NCBI GenBank assembly: GCA_009859145.1
Contig: VRVR01000004.1
Coordinates: forward strand, 276,934-340,933
Length of the DNA: 64,000 nucleotides
Source of the DNA: Andalucia godoyi And28
Taxonomy: Eukaryota; Protista; Jakobida
Direction of reading: 5' to 3'
Shown: in pieces, positions 50,396 through 61,059 of the stretch
Numbering within the stretch: the first letter of the stretch is position 1
How the letters are laid out: each line of letters starts with the position of its first letter
Program-made: the position numbers and the translations under genes
Notes under the pieces: generated by a model
The model's database searches: none
What the model was told of the DNA's origin: nothing
Seen by the model: only the letters and a program-made list of their open reading frames with translations

Positions 50396-51490
50396 CTACT
50401 CGAGAGTTGCAGATGGAGAGTACTTTTTGCTCATGGATTTTGCAAATGGCTGGACTTCTTCCCACGTGCGATCGACATCCTGGCCCCTTCGATCGATCCA
50501 GTCCAAACGGGAGTCAATCGACTCCCAGACGTATGCAGCAAGGAACGCAGCCGGAAACCCTCGCATTACCGTTGCGGAAATACCTCTGACCAGCAATCCT
50601 GCGGATTCCGCCTTCCACATCGCTCTGAACTTCATGGATTCCAAGCCAGCTTTCCAAAACATGGTCCCAGAAGCATACGACTCCTTCCAAGGAGCATTGT
50701 GCGGAACCTCGGCCATCGCCCTTTTTCTCAGAACATCAAATGGATGCGACAGCAAACATCCCACCAATGCACCAAACGCCGCGGCCGTCGCAAAGTCGCC
50801 TGTGGAAAACTGCACGTCGTTGATATCCCCTTCTGCCGCTTGGAGCCGATTGCTCGTCTTCACATGCTTGAGCTTTTCATACACAAACCACGAAGTCGAG
50901 TACAGGACTGCTGCACCCGCCATCGAAGGCACAAGCCCTCGAGTAAGCATTCCGGACCAAAACACCCTCTTGTTCTCTCGAGGACTGAAGATAGCCTGGC
51001 GTCGAGTGGCCAGAACCGTCAGAGGATGCGTGGCCGCAGTGGCGGTGACCGCCGACAGAGATAAAATCAACGGTGTGGAAGTGTAATAGTCAAACGGAAC
51101 CTGGTGTTTCAGATACAAAAATGTGCGATACTGGATCGCCATGAAAAGCGGTATTCGTAAAATCGATGGACCAAGGCCCCTGAACAGCCCACGCACACCC
51201 TCCGACTCGTAAATGTCCACAAACGAGAAAAGAAAGGTCTTGTATTTTGGCTTTGGGACCAGCGTCTGCAGTTGAAAACGCGTCTTCACGACTGAGAATG
51301 GCTGCAGCGCACTCCGGAGAACCATATGCGCTGCGATGCCGCTTAGGAGAAGTGAATGTGACTCATTTCGCATCGGATTCAGCAGCGAATACGGAGTCTT
51401 GAATACGAATTCGCGAGTATGAAACACTGCCGTCGTATCAAGCACACCCGCTGGCTTTTCTCCACTCAGATCAATTCCAGGAGCACTCAT
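50396..51490 (-). CDS. Mitochondrial carrier family (SLC25) protein
   Basis: Three degenerate PxD/ExxK/R motifs (PFSVVKTRFQ, PLTVLATRRQ, PFDVLRKRAM), plus EGVRGLFRG and GLLVRGISATVMR. Confidence 0.9.
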   Translation of the reverse strand: MSAPGIDLSGEKPAGVLDTTAVFHTREFVFKTPYSLLNPMRNESHSLLLSGIAAHMVLRSALQPFSVVKTRFQLQTLVPKPKYKTFLFSFVDIYESEGVRGLFRGLGPSILRIPLFMAIQYRTFLYLKHQVPFDYYTSTPLILSLSAVTATAATHPLTVLATRRQAIFSPRENKRVFWSGMLTRGLVPSMAGAAVLYSTSWFVYEKLKHVKTSNRLQAAEGDINDVQFSTGDFATAAAFGALVGCLLSHPFDVLRKRAMAEVPHNAPWKESYASGTMFWKAGLESMKFRAMWKAESAGLLVRGISATVMRGFPAAFLAAYVWESIDSRLDWIDRRGQDVDRTWEEVQPFAKSMSKKYSPSATLE

Positions 51491-51823
51491 TCCTCTTCCT
51501 CCCCTTCTTCTTCTCCTTCTTCTCCTTCTTCTCCTTCTCCTTTTTCTTCTTTTTCTTCTTCTAATGGATCAATCACGATAATAGCAATTCGGCGATTTGC
51601 TCAGCGAAAAAGCGTATTTTCAACATTGTCAAAGACGGTTCGCCGGATCTTTTTAAAGAAAGTAGCAGCGTTGTGTTTTTACAACAGGGTTCGGAAAAGT
51701 CAGACAGTGCGCAGAATAAATAGCGGATTTATAAGAAAACAATCGTGTACACTAACACCTACACCATACACTGAGCATGCATATCTACGAATAGACATGC
51801 ATATTCAATCTTGCATCTCGTTG

Positions 51824-52083
51824 CCGCGAAGGGGATAGGCCCCAACACGCCTCACGGCGTTCTTCAGATAAATGTTCCGCGCTCCGTTCCCAATCTCGAT
51901 CAATGTGCGAGCCACGTTCTCAGCGTGGCACGTTGTTCCTGAGAAGGGTGCATTCTGATTCCAACGGCCCTATCAGTAGGCGTAGTGACACGTGGTCTCT
52001 TAGGAGGTCTGCGGGACCTAGGAGGCCCTGGCATCGAGCGGCGTAGGCGTAGGAGAATGCGTCATCCCAGCGCGCTCACGCCC
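51824..52083 (-). ncRNA. Candidate ~260-nt structured RNA, family unproven
   Basis: GC-rich ORF-free island. Minus-strand hairpins ACGCC-GTGA-GGCGT (51847-51860), GCCACG/CGTGGC (51911-51929) and CTGAT/ATCAG (51955-51976), plus an 8-bp long-range helix between 52012-52019 and 51837-51844. Confidence 0.3.
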
Positions 52084-52481
52084 ATATTTGAATTAATAAA
52101 GTGGAACCAACGAATGATAGATGGCTACGCGTAAGCACGAATTCCTGTGAAACAAACGTGCTGGTGTCGGCCAGTATCGACCGTGTCTGTTTATGAATAC
52201 TTCCGTATGCATGACAATGACGTGCTATTATTCAACGGTACCAACGACAATACCGACGACAACGACAGCGACAGCGACAGCGACATCGATAATAGCAGTG
52301 ACAGTGAATATAAAATGACACACATACGCCCCATTCGCACATATACATGCGAAGAAAAGGAGGTTAACGGTCATGTTGATGAAAAGTGAATAGGAGGCGA
52401 TGTTCCCCTTATGAAATCAGGGTCTTCATGCAACTTGGCTGCATTCCTCATGTATCCCATCTAATGAAACAAAAAGATAGA

Positions 52482-52925
52482 TTAGAAACCGACAACGACG
52501 ACGAAATCGAGGACGACCACCACAGCAGCAATCACGCCGACAATGTCAACAATGAACGTCTGTTGAACAAAAAATGAAAGGATAAAAAGATTGCAAAAAG
52601 AAAGCGCGGTAGAAGAACGGCAGAGGAAAGGTGAGAAACCGTACCCATAACGAACAGATTGCGGTATACGATTCTTGCATTTGCTTGGTTCGACTGATAT
52701 TGAGCAACAACCGCTGGACTTCTGAATCCAGCTGCGAAACAGCCATTTCCAAATCTGTAATCATCAAACGTTCCCCATTTTCCCAAAAAAATGATCAAAG
52801 ATGATAATAACAACGTCGAATAGACGATATTAGTATTTCATCCACTGGACACACATACAAGCTTTGCTATTGTTGTGGGGAAGCTTCGGAATGTTCTCAA
52901 GTTACATACCGTGAAATGAATTCAT
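52482..52925 (-). CDS. Possible three-exon tail-anchored coiled-coil (SNARE-like) microprotein
   Basis: complement(join(52482..52559,52645..52754,52910..52925)). Phase-consistent introns GTATGT...TACAG (with TACTAAT) and GTACGG...AACAG give MNSFHDLEMAVSQLDSEVQRLLLNISRTKQMQESYTAICSLWTFIVDIVGVIAAVVVVLDFVVVVGF. The N-terminus may be incomplete. Confidence 0.4.
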
Positions 52926-53314
52926 ATACGACGTTCTCTCTGTATCTTTCCTTTTTGCGGTTTCTGCTGATTATGGTAACGACGATGGAAGCTCACTGTG
53001 CTTTCATATGTTGGAATGCACGGGTGCTTATCTTCCTTGTGTTTGAGAGTGGCACTAAAACCTGCAAGTGAAAATGTTCGCTAACCAGGTCATTTCACCC
53101 GCCCCTTTCGTTTTGATTGCTTCCCAACCACCCTAGTATCAAATGCTGAATAATTTAATGCTGAAAGCTTGAAAAAGTTATAAAATAAAAAGAAAAAACG
53201 AGCAGCAGGTGAAATACAATATGGCTTTTTTAAATTTACGAGTTTGCTGATTCCGAGGAAACCAGGCAAAATTCGACAAGTTTGCATTTTGCGTCCCTCC
53301 CTTTCTGTGTTCTT

Positions 53315-56300
53315 TCAAGACTCTTCCAATTTCAATCTGGGAATGATGTTCATGCTCTGCAGCTCCTGGAACAGCAATTTGCAAGCATACGGAATCCGGA
53401 CTGCAGTGACCTTTTGACCGGTTCTGCAGTATTGGCACCACTTCTCGGTCTGCAAGAGTCCGCATTCTAAACAAACATGCACGGTGAAAACATCTGATGA
53501 GATCATCAATCGCTCGTTGAGCAGCATGGCTGCACCATAGCCAATCAGGCAATCTCTTTCCATTTCGCCTAGACGAAGACCGCCTTCGCGGGAGCGTCCT
53601 TCCGTGGGTTGCCGCGTCAGCACCGCTCGAGGGCCTCGGGCTCGTGCATGCATCTTGTCCATGACCATGTGCTTGAGCTTCTGGTAGTACACAGGCCCGG
53701 TAAAGACATACGCACGCAACACTTCACCAGTAATGCCCGAGTACAGCATGTCTTTTCCATCGTATGCATAGCCATAAGAAACAAGAGCACGAGACAAGTC
53801 CGCCACCTTATCCCCAGCAAACGCTGTGCAGTCGGCAAACATGCCATGTAAGACACCTGCTTTGCCTGCCAGTAACTCAATCATCTTACCAACAGTCATT
53901 CGAGAAGGAAACCCGTGCGGATTCATAATAATATCCGGACGAACACCAATGTCCGAAAACGGCACATCTCGTTCGTCCACAATCAGACCACAGACGCCCT
54001 TTTGGCCGTGACGAGACGAGAACTTGTCTCCGATTTCCGGCCTGCGCGTCTGGCGCATCATCACCTTGACAGAGATTGCACTCTCCTCGTGGGAAGAAGT
54101 AATAATGACCCGATCAACAACAGCAGGAGCTGCGCCTTTGTATGTCATCGAGGCAGATCGATAGGACAACGTCGGTTGCGGCTGCTGCTCCGGACCCCCC
54201 AGTGGTGCAGATTGCTGTTCTGGAACCTGCTTGTTCACGTACACTTGGCCCGGAGAAACTATCGACGACGGAGCGGCAATACCATCAGAATCAAGCGATT
54301 CAAATTTCCACGGGACGGCACCGTTTTCCACTGGGGGAGGGGCTAAGCGGTCCGAGGTGTTGTTGGGATACCTCTTAATTTGCGCAGCGTATTTCCTCAG
54401 AACAATGCATCTTCCAAACCCTCTGTCGAGAGACGCACGATTGATAACCAGCGCATCCTCAATGTCGTACCCGGAATACGACATGACGCAAATCGACGCA
54501 TTTTGTCCTCCAGGAATCTGCGTAAATCCAATCATGTCGATCGTTCTCGTCTTCGCCAACGGACGCTGAGGATATGCTAGCAGATACAGCAGCGTGTCGG
54601 CGCGCACGTGCTGATTGGTCGCGATGGCGCCCATAGCCTGCTTACCCATGGCACATTGGTATGTGTTTCGAGGAGATTGGTTGTGATGCGGATACGGGAT
54701 CAGACCAGCAACGACGCCTAGAATGGACATTGGGTCAATTTCCACGTGGGTGGTCTCTCCCACAACCACCGACGAATAATCCAAAGATATCCTGCAATTG
54801 TTCTCCTCGGGAACATCGATAAACTCTACAAGCCCTTTGATCAGGAAGTCATTCCAACTCAGCAGGCCCATTTGCAACTGATCGACAGTCTCCTGAGAAA
54901 CCGCTGGCCGACCCGTCAGCGCATCCACAATGATCAACGGCCTGCAAACGCGACCCGAATCGCACGACAGATAGACTGCGCGTTGTTCTGTGTGAAAAAA
55001 CACGGAAAGGTATTCTGAAACACGGCGAGCTCTTCTGAGAGCCCGCATAGCGGTGACGAACGCATCTGGCTGGCGATGGACACCGAGTACGAGACCATTC
55101 AAAAAGACAAGACACGCATGGTGCTCGTGCAGCTCCGCACCAGACAGCCCGTAAATATCTTCCACTCCGAGGGCGTACGACATGGATCGAACGGGAGTTT
55201 CGTCATCATCATTGGTTACGTGGCAGAGCAAGGACAAGTTCTTCACCAAACCGCAGGACTCTCCTTCAGGGGTGTCGGATGGACACAGCATGCCCCACTG
55301 GGACGGCTGCAACGCTCGAGGACCCGAGACCTTCCGCGTCTTTTCAAACTGTGACGTAATTCTTGTCATCATTCCCACAGCAGCAATGTAGGAAAGACGA
55401 GAAAGAACCTGCGTGACCCCTGCTCGCTCCATCTTGAATCGCTTCAAGTGCCAGTTTCCGGTAGAAATCGCATGAATGAATCCATTTGTGATCGTATCTG
55501 CGCGGATCATATTCGCGACATCAAACTGTGCCGCTCGATTGGGCTTCGACAGCGTTTGATCTGCAATCTTCTGAATGTCTCCATTGAATTTCTTGAAAAG
55601 GTCTTCAAACAGCAAGGACAGCAGTTGGCCCGCCAGTTCCAGTCTCTTGTTTCCGTAGTAATCTCGGTCATCCATGGCCTCTGGATCCCTTACGGCCGCC
55701 AAGAGGCGCCTGACCATAAGCGCCAAGTACACAACCTTGTGGCGGAAGTTAAACTTTTCAACTGGTACATGGCAGATAATGACCTGTGCAAGCAATTCCC
55801 GGGCATCATCACACTTTTGGTTGACGATGCTATTCTGCTGGCCAGGACGCGCCATAATCCTTCTCGGCGCCTTCATAGCATCGGAGATGTACAGCAAGGC
55901 CTGCTGTTGCGAGAACACGCGTCCTCGAGCGCTCTCCTCAATCGACGGTGCCATCGCTTCCACAAAGAACACATCCGTGTTGCCTCCCACCAGCTGCACA
56001 ATCTCCTGATCCGATTCGACACCCATTGCTTTGAAGGCAATCACAACAGGGACATCATCATTCAGCGAGTTGTGGCGAAGATACAATCGGTCGTTCTTGA
56101 TCACCACGGAGGTTCGAGATTTTCTTTCGTGCGTGGAAGACGTAACAGTTGCCATGAGCCCCGAAGCGCCCATTGTCGATGCGGTGGTGGGGCTAGCCTT
56201 GGAATCTTGCTCAACAAGAATACGATTCTTTGACAGTTGTTCCTGAATTAAGATAACCTTTTCGACTCCTTTGATAATAAAGTATCCCCCCGGGTCCAAC

Positions 56301-56944
56301 GGACACTCTCCCATCTTTTCAAGCTGGTCGTTCGTTTGATTGAACAGAACGCATCTCGATGATCTCAACATAATGGGAAGACGCCCAATCAGAACGCCCT
56401 TGCGCAGCACAAGCTGTTTTCCTCGAGTGTACTCCATGTCAACGCGGATCGGAGCTGAATATGAAAGGTCACGCAATCTGCATTCCTGCGGAGTCACAAC
56501 ATGCGATGCGTACTCTTCTTCCACAGTAGGCTTGTCTACATAAATATTCTTGTATCGTAAAAACCAATGAGGATCCGTCTCACACGTAACCTTTTGATTC
56601 GCAGCCAAAATCGCCTTCAAATCACGCTCCACAAAGTAATTAAACGATTCCACATGCTGCCGAACAAGACCGCGCGCTTGCAGAAAAGCAGGAATAAGCT
56701 TCCATTTTTCCTGTACATCCACAACCAAACACAATTTCAAACAATTAGCAAAAAAATAAATAAAATGCAATCATCGGCAGCAACAAGCCAAATGAATAAA
56801 TCAATAAATATATGACAATGAAGCTACTATACATACCGAAATCTCCTTGATTGGCTTTGAAAAGTCATCGTCTGTTTGTTGTCGCCCAGACGAAAATGTT
56901 GGAGTGCAATCTTCCACAATCGAGCGAAACTGTGTAGAAGTCAT
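53315..56944 (-). CDS. RPC2: RNA polymerase III second-largest subunit, two exons
   Basis: complement(join(53315..56710,56837..56944)). Intron GTATGT...GTACAG gives FSKPIKEIS|[26 protein letters not shown]. Also [40 protein letters not shown] and [11 protein letters not shown]. Confidence 0.97.
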
Positions 56945-57600
56945 CCAATTTAGTTAGTTTATTAAAATCAACAACAACAACAACAGCAACAACAACGACA
57001 ACAGAAAACCAAAAGCAGATGCGCCCTTTCCCCTCCGAACTCTATGTGAATGATAACAATGCAGAAAACCCCTCCAAAAACCAAAAATAATAGTAATGAT
57101 AAATGAAAATGAAATAAAACTTGAAAAGTCAAGAAACGAAAGAAGGAACCGAAGAAGAAAAAGAAAAATACAACAGAAGGCACTGTTGTTCTTGCCCTTT
57201 GCATCGCTGCGAATGTGAAATGCAAAGAGCGCAAAACAAATGGAGCAGGAATAAAGCATCAATTGAGCCCTTTTTTATTGCAAATGTGAAAAAAAAAAAT
57301 CGAACGCACACTTGAGTCATTTTCGGAGCATCAGAAAGCTGGAAGAGAGACGACAGGTTTTTTTGTCTGCCTTTTCCTTCATTTCCTTCATTTGTTTTCT
57401 TCTTCTTCACTTTGTATATTTTTCCCCTTGTCTCTTGGTTTCCCACAGCAAATTCTCCTTGGACTGCGTTTTCAGTTGTTTGGAGGCGGGTGAGAGGGAC
57501 TGTAGAGCGTGTACGAAAAAGAGGGGGCAAAAAAACCAAAAAAAAAAAAAAGAAAAAAAAAAGTAGGGGAAGAGGGTAAAAAGAAAAGCAAAACACACAA

Positions 57601-59211
57601 ATGGTTGAAACCGTCCGTCCTTGGTATCTCTCGGTTGTCATTCCTCTATTTCTTGCGTGTTTTCACTTGATTGTTCTTTACTGTTATGCACATGTCCAAT
57701 CGACGAATTCCGCGTTTACGAGCTTGTTTGGAGCGACGAGCGGAAGCGAGTCTTCTCAATCCGCGTTCAACTTTTCCAATTTGGTGCACTACTCCATCTA
57801 TCCAAACTTGATGTTCTGGACCGTGTCGTTAAGCTTCCTGACTGCGTTTGGTGGACTGCCGTTCTCGGCATTTGCAGTTGCTGAATATTGTGTGGAGGCG
57901 ATTTCGTCGTCAGTGTTGCTGATTGCAATGGAAGCTCTTTCGCGGTGCAATGTCACTGTGTCTTCGAGCGCGGGTCCTGTGCGATGCTCGGTGGTCATGC
58001 TGAAATGGTTTGGAATGGACCCAAATGCTTCGCTGGACATTGCAGAGTCGTCCATTCCTTTCGTTAAGACGAACATGCTATTGCACGGAATTTCAAAGTC
58101 TGGCGAGAAAACGGATCTTCATCGCAGATTGTTCATCATGGCCGAGTTTACGATTTTCTGTGCATTCTTCATGTACATTATGCTCAATTGCTCCAGAACT
58201 ATCCAGACGATCAAGAAATTGCTGGTGATTCCTGGCTCCGGATTCCAAAAGTACTTCGTGGATTGTCGAGCGGTTACTCTCAGAAGACGGTTGTTTCTGG
58301 ATGCATTGATTGGGTGGATTGTGCATTCCATTGTTTCCACTGTCTCTTCCCAGTATCTCATATCCTCCGTCGATTTTTACGATTCGTCCGGCGAGCCATT
58401 CTACAAGATTTTCGGAGGGAGGTTCCTTTCGATCTACAACTTTTCGCGATTCGGCGTTATTTCATTTTGCCTTGCAACCTTTGCCAAACAACCCCTTGTG
58501 TTGCTGATAGGATTTCTTTGTCTCTTTGGAGGTTTTATGGTGGGCCTGCTCGCTTGCATCTCCGGTTTGCTATGGGCGACAGTTGTGCGTCCCAAAGACG
58601 GTCCGTTGTTTTTCATCATTCGTTACCTCCTGTTGAACGGGCGCGCGGAGGATAGCTGGTTTGGTGAAGTTCTATCCGATGCTTCCAAAATAGAGCATGT
58701 TCCTGACACCGACATTTCTGCACTGCTCCATGCGCTTTCGCAGAGTGCACTTCCCTGGATTGCAGTGCTACTGCTTGCTTCTGCTTGCGGTGCGGTATTC
58801 ATTCTGTACTTTTCAACTCGTCATTTTATGACTCTGATGGGTTGTTTGTCTCGATTCAAGCACGTTCGTGTGCCGTTCCTCCCGGGCCCTCCTCCTATTG
58901 AATTTACTAACCTGGAGGATGTGTTTGTGGTGAAGTTGTATCGGGTGCCAAATTTGGATTGTTTGCCAGACGATGTCCATTTCGTTATGCAGGCCTCTCT
59001 TCCTCACGTCCGCTCTCATGAAGATTTTCGGAATCGCATTGCTTTGATGATGCCGACGTCTCTGAAAGGCAGTAGTTTTGTGATTTCCTACCTAAATCAA
59101 GATTATGGAATGCAAATGCAAGTGTCTGAGTCGAGTAGTCTGGACAGTTGCGCTGCCAGTGGAGATGGCGAATTTTCTGTTTATGTTTTGCCAGCGCCGA
59201 GTGTTCGCTGA
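57601..59211 (+). CDS. Multi-pass membrane hypothetical protein
   Basis: 536-aa ATG-initiated ORF with several long hydrophobic segments and no motif I recognise. Confidence 0.75.
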   Translation: MVETVRPWYLSVVIPLFLACFHLIVLYCYAHVQSTNSAFTSLFGATSGSESSQSAFNFSNLVHYSIYPNLMFWTVSLSFLTAFGGLPFSAFAVAEYCVEAISSSVLLIAMEALSRCNVTVSSSAGPVRCSVVMLKWFGMDPNASLDIAESSIPFVKTNMLLHGISKSGEKTDLHRRLFIMAEFTIFCAFFMYIMLNCSRTIQTIKKLLVIPGSGFQKYFVDCRAVTLRRRLFLDALIGWIVHSIVSTVSSQYLISSVDFYDSSGEPFYKIFGGRFLSIYNFSRFGVISFCLATFAKQPLVLLIGFLCLFGGFMVGLLACISGLLWATVVRPKDGPLFFIIRYLLLNGRAEDSWFGEVLSDASKIEHVPDTDISALLHALSQSALPWIAVLLLASACGAVFILYFSTRHFMTLMGCLSRFKHVRVPFLPGPPPIEFTNLEDVFVVKLYRVPNLDCLPDDVHFVMQASLPHVRSHEDFRNRIALMMPTSLKGSSFVISYLNQDYGMQMQVSESSSLDSCAASGDGEFSVYVLPAPSVR

Positions 59212-59378
59212 ACATTTTGCTGCAGCTCGCCCTCCCGTTGGTTGCCAGTTGTCCAGCTGCACGGTGGGTTTGGATGCCGCACGTGGGAGCTTTCTCTGCC
59301 TCTGGCGACTGCCGAGCTCTGGTTGTAGAGGCGCGGGATTTGGTGGTGGTGGTGGTGGTGGGAAGGAGGATCTGAAGT

Positions 59379-60648
59379 TTACTTTTTCGATTGTTTCGTG
59401 TGTCCCAGGATCTCCATGAACGACCCAAAAGCCTTGACCACTTCTGGGTCATTTTGGTACTTTGCAAACGCCTTGGGATCCAATGCAATTTCATTCACAG
59501 CACGAACAATCTTCTCGTTGTTGAACATTCCACGCATGGAGGGATCTGTCGCAACGCGTTCCATGAGTTCGGCTGTCATCCAGTCTGGATTTTTTGAAGT
59601 TGCTGGTTTTGCTTGCGGATTCTTCGGCTTCACTTCCTCTACCGGCGGCTCTGGCTTCTTGGCGTTGTCTGTAGACTTTGGAGACAAGAACTTCATTTGC
59701 TCCGCCACCTCCTCGTCGTTGTCGAGGTTCTGGGCCTTTTCAAAGTCTGCAAGAGCCTTCTTCCGCAATTCGTCTGTCTTATGCTGCTTGAACATGTCAG
59801 CGAACACCTTTCCTCGAATCTTGAATGCTGCTGCGGAGGCATCTGGAGAAATCTCGATTGCTGTGTTGCATGCTGCCACCGCATCGTCCTTCTTTCCCAG
59901 CACCTCCAAACACCCAGCAAGCTTTGCCCAAACCAATGCGCTGTTCGGATTGGCTTCGACCGCTTCGACAAAGAGTTTCAGCGCACCCGTCAAGTCTCCC
60001 GAGTTCTGAGCTCTGACCCCTTTCGATTTCAATTCTTGTGCACGCTCTCTGTTCTCCTCCGTCACTGCCCCAGCCTTGCCGTCCTTTATTGCTTTTTGAC
60101 ACAAGGTGGCCCGGGACATAGCGTCTCCCACGACATCTTCCTTTTTGGGCAGTGCATCGGCAGTTGAGATTTTTGCTTGCGATGCGGTTTGTTGTGGTGA
60201 TTGTTGTTGTTGCTGCTGTTGTTTTGAAGGACCGGCCGTCTTGGTTTTCGAAAATTCCGCAATGTCAACTTCTTCCAATGGAGGCAAGTCGTCGTCCCCA
60301 TCCTCTTCATTGGTTTGTTTGTTTGGGAGTGGCGGAATGATGAAGTTCCCTGCTTGAGCGTCTTCTAGTAGCACGCGAAGAGCAGAGAATGTAGGATCGT
60401 TCAATAAGCCCGGAGACGATCGGATGGACTGAGATATATTGTCAAACCAACTCAATCATAATAACGCCAAATAGAAACATTATTATCAGTATCAATGCGA
60501 ATGAGAATGAGATTAAACAATGACAAATGATAGCAAAGAAGCGAATTAATGAACGTGTGTTCAACCCACCCAAAATATTACCAACACCAATTAGTTAACA
60601 TACTTGAATGATCGTCTTTAGATCGTTTGCACTGCTCTCTGTTGCCAT
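59379..60648 (-). CDS. ST13: Hsc70-interacting protein HIP/ST13-like (dimerisation domain, TPRs, STI1 domain), two exons
   Basis: complement(join(59379..60428,60604..60648)). Intron GTATGT...CTCAG gives DLKTIIQ|SIRSSPGLLNDPTFSALRVLLE. TPR region AVEANPNSALVWAKLA; STI1-like DPKAFAKYQNDPEV. Confidence 0.85.
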
Positions 60649-61059
60649 GTCTGATTTTGGGTTTTCCATAAAACCGTGTTCTTTTGCGAAACACCGATAC
60701 CAAAAGCTGTGCGAGTGGGTGTGTCCGACAGGTTTGATACCTCTGGAAAGTGAAAACCAGGAACAACGAAAACCGTGGCAGCATCGACGAGCGATTACGA
60801 CAGACGGAACGAAAACAATCGAGCTGCTGTAGACTGCACCCAGCACCACCCACCACCCATCATGCTTTTGTTGTGGGAATCATGAAATTGCTGACGCTGT
60901 CTCTCTCCGTTTCACCTCATTGCTCTCTCCCGTCTCTCTTGGAAGCCCTGCCTTTTATTATATAATTATAATAATTATAACCATTATTATTTGTTTGTTT
61001 CATTGTTGAAAAACCTCCGATTCCGCCCGCTTTGTCTTCTTTCAACTGTATGTAAATAG

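Noticed and set aside
51875-51900. SRP RNA helix 8 (GGGAACGGAGC)
   Set aside because: The conserved CAGG/AGCAG symmetric loop is not matched, there is no UGUNR Alu motif, and no long helix 5 can be drawn.
52147-52577. Two Asp/Asn-rich plus-strand ORFs
   Set aside because: They are short, driven by GAC/AAC triplet repeats, and have weak or non-ATG starts.
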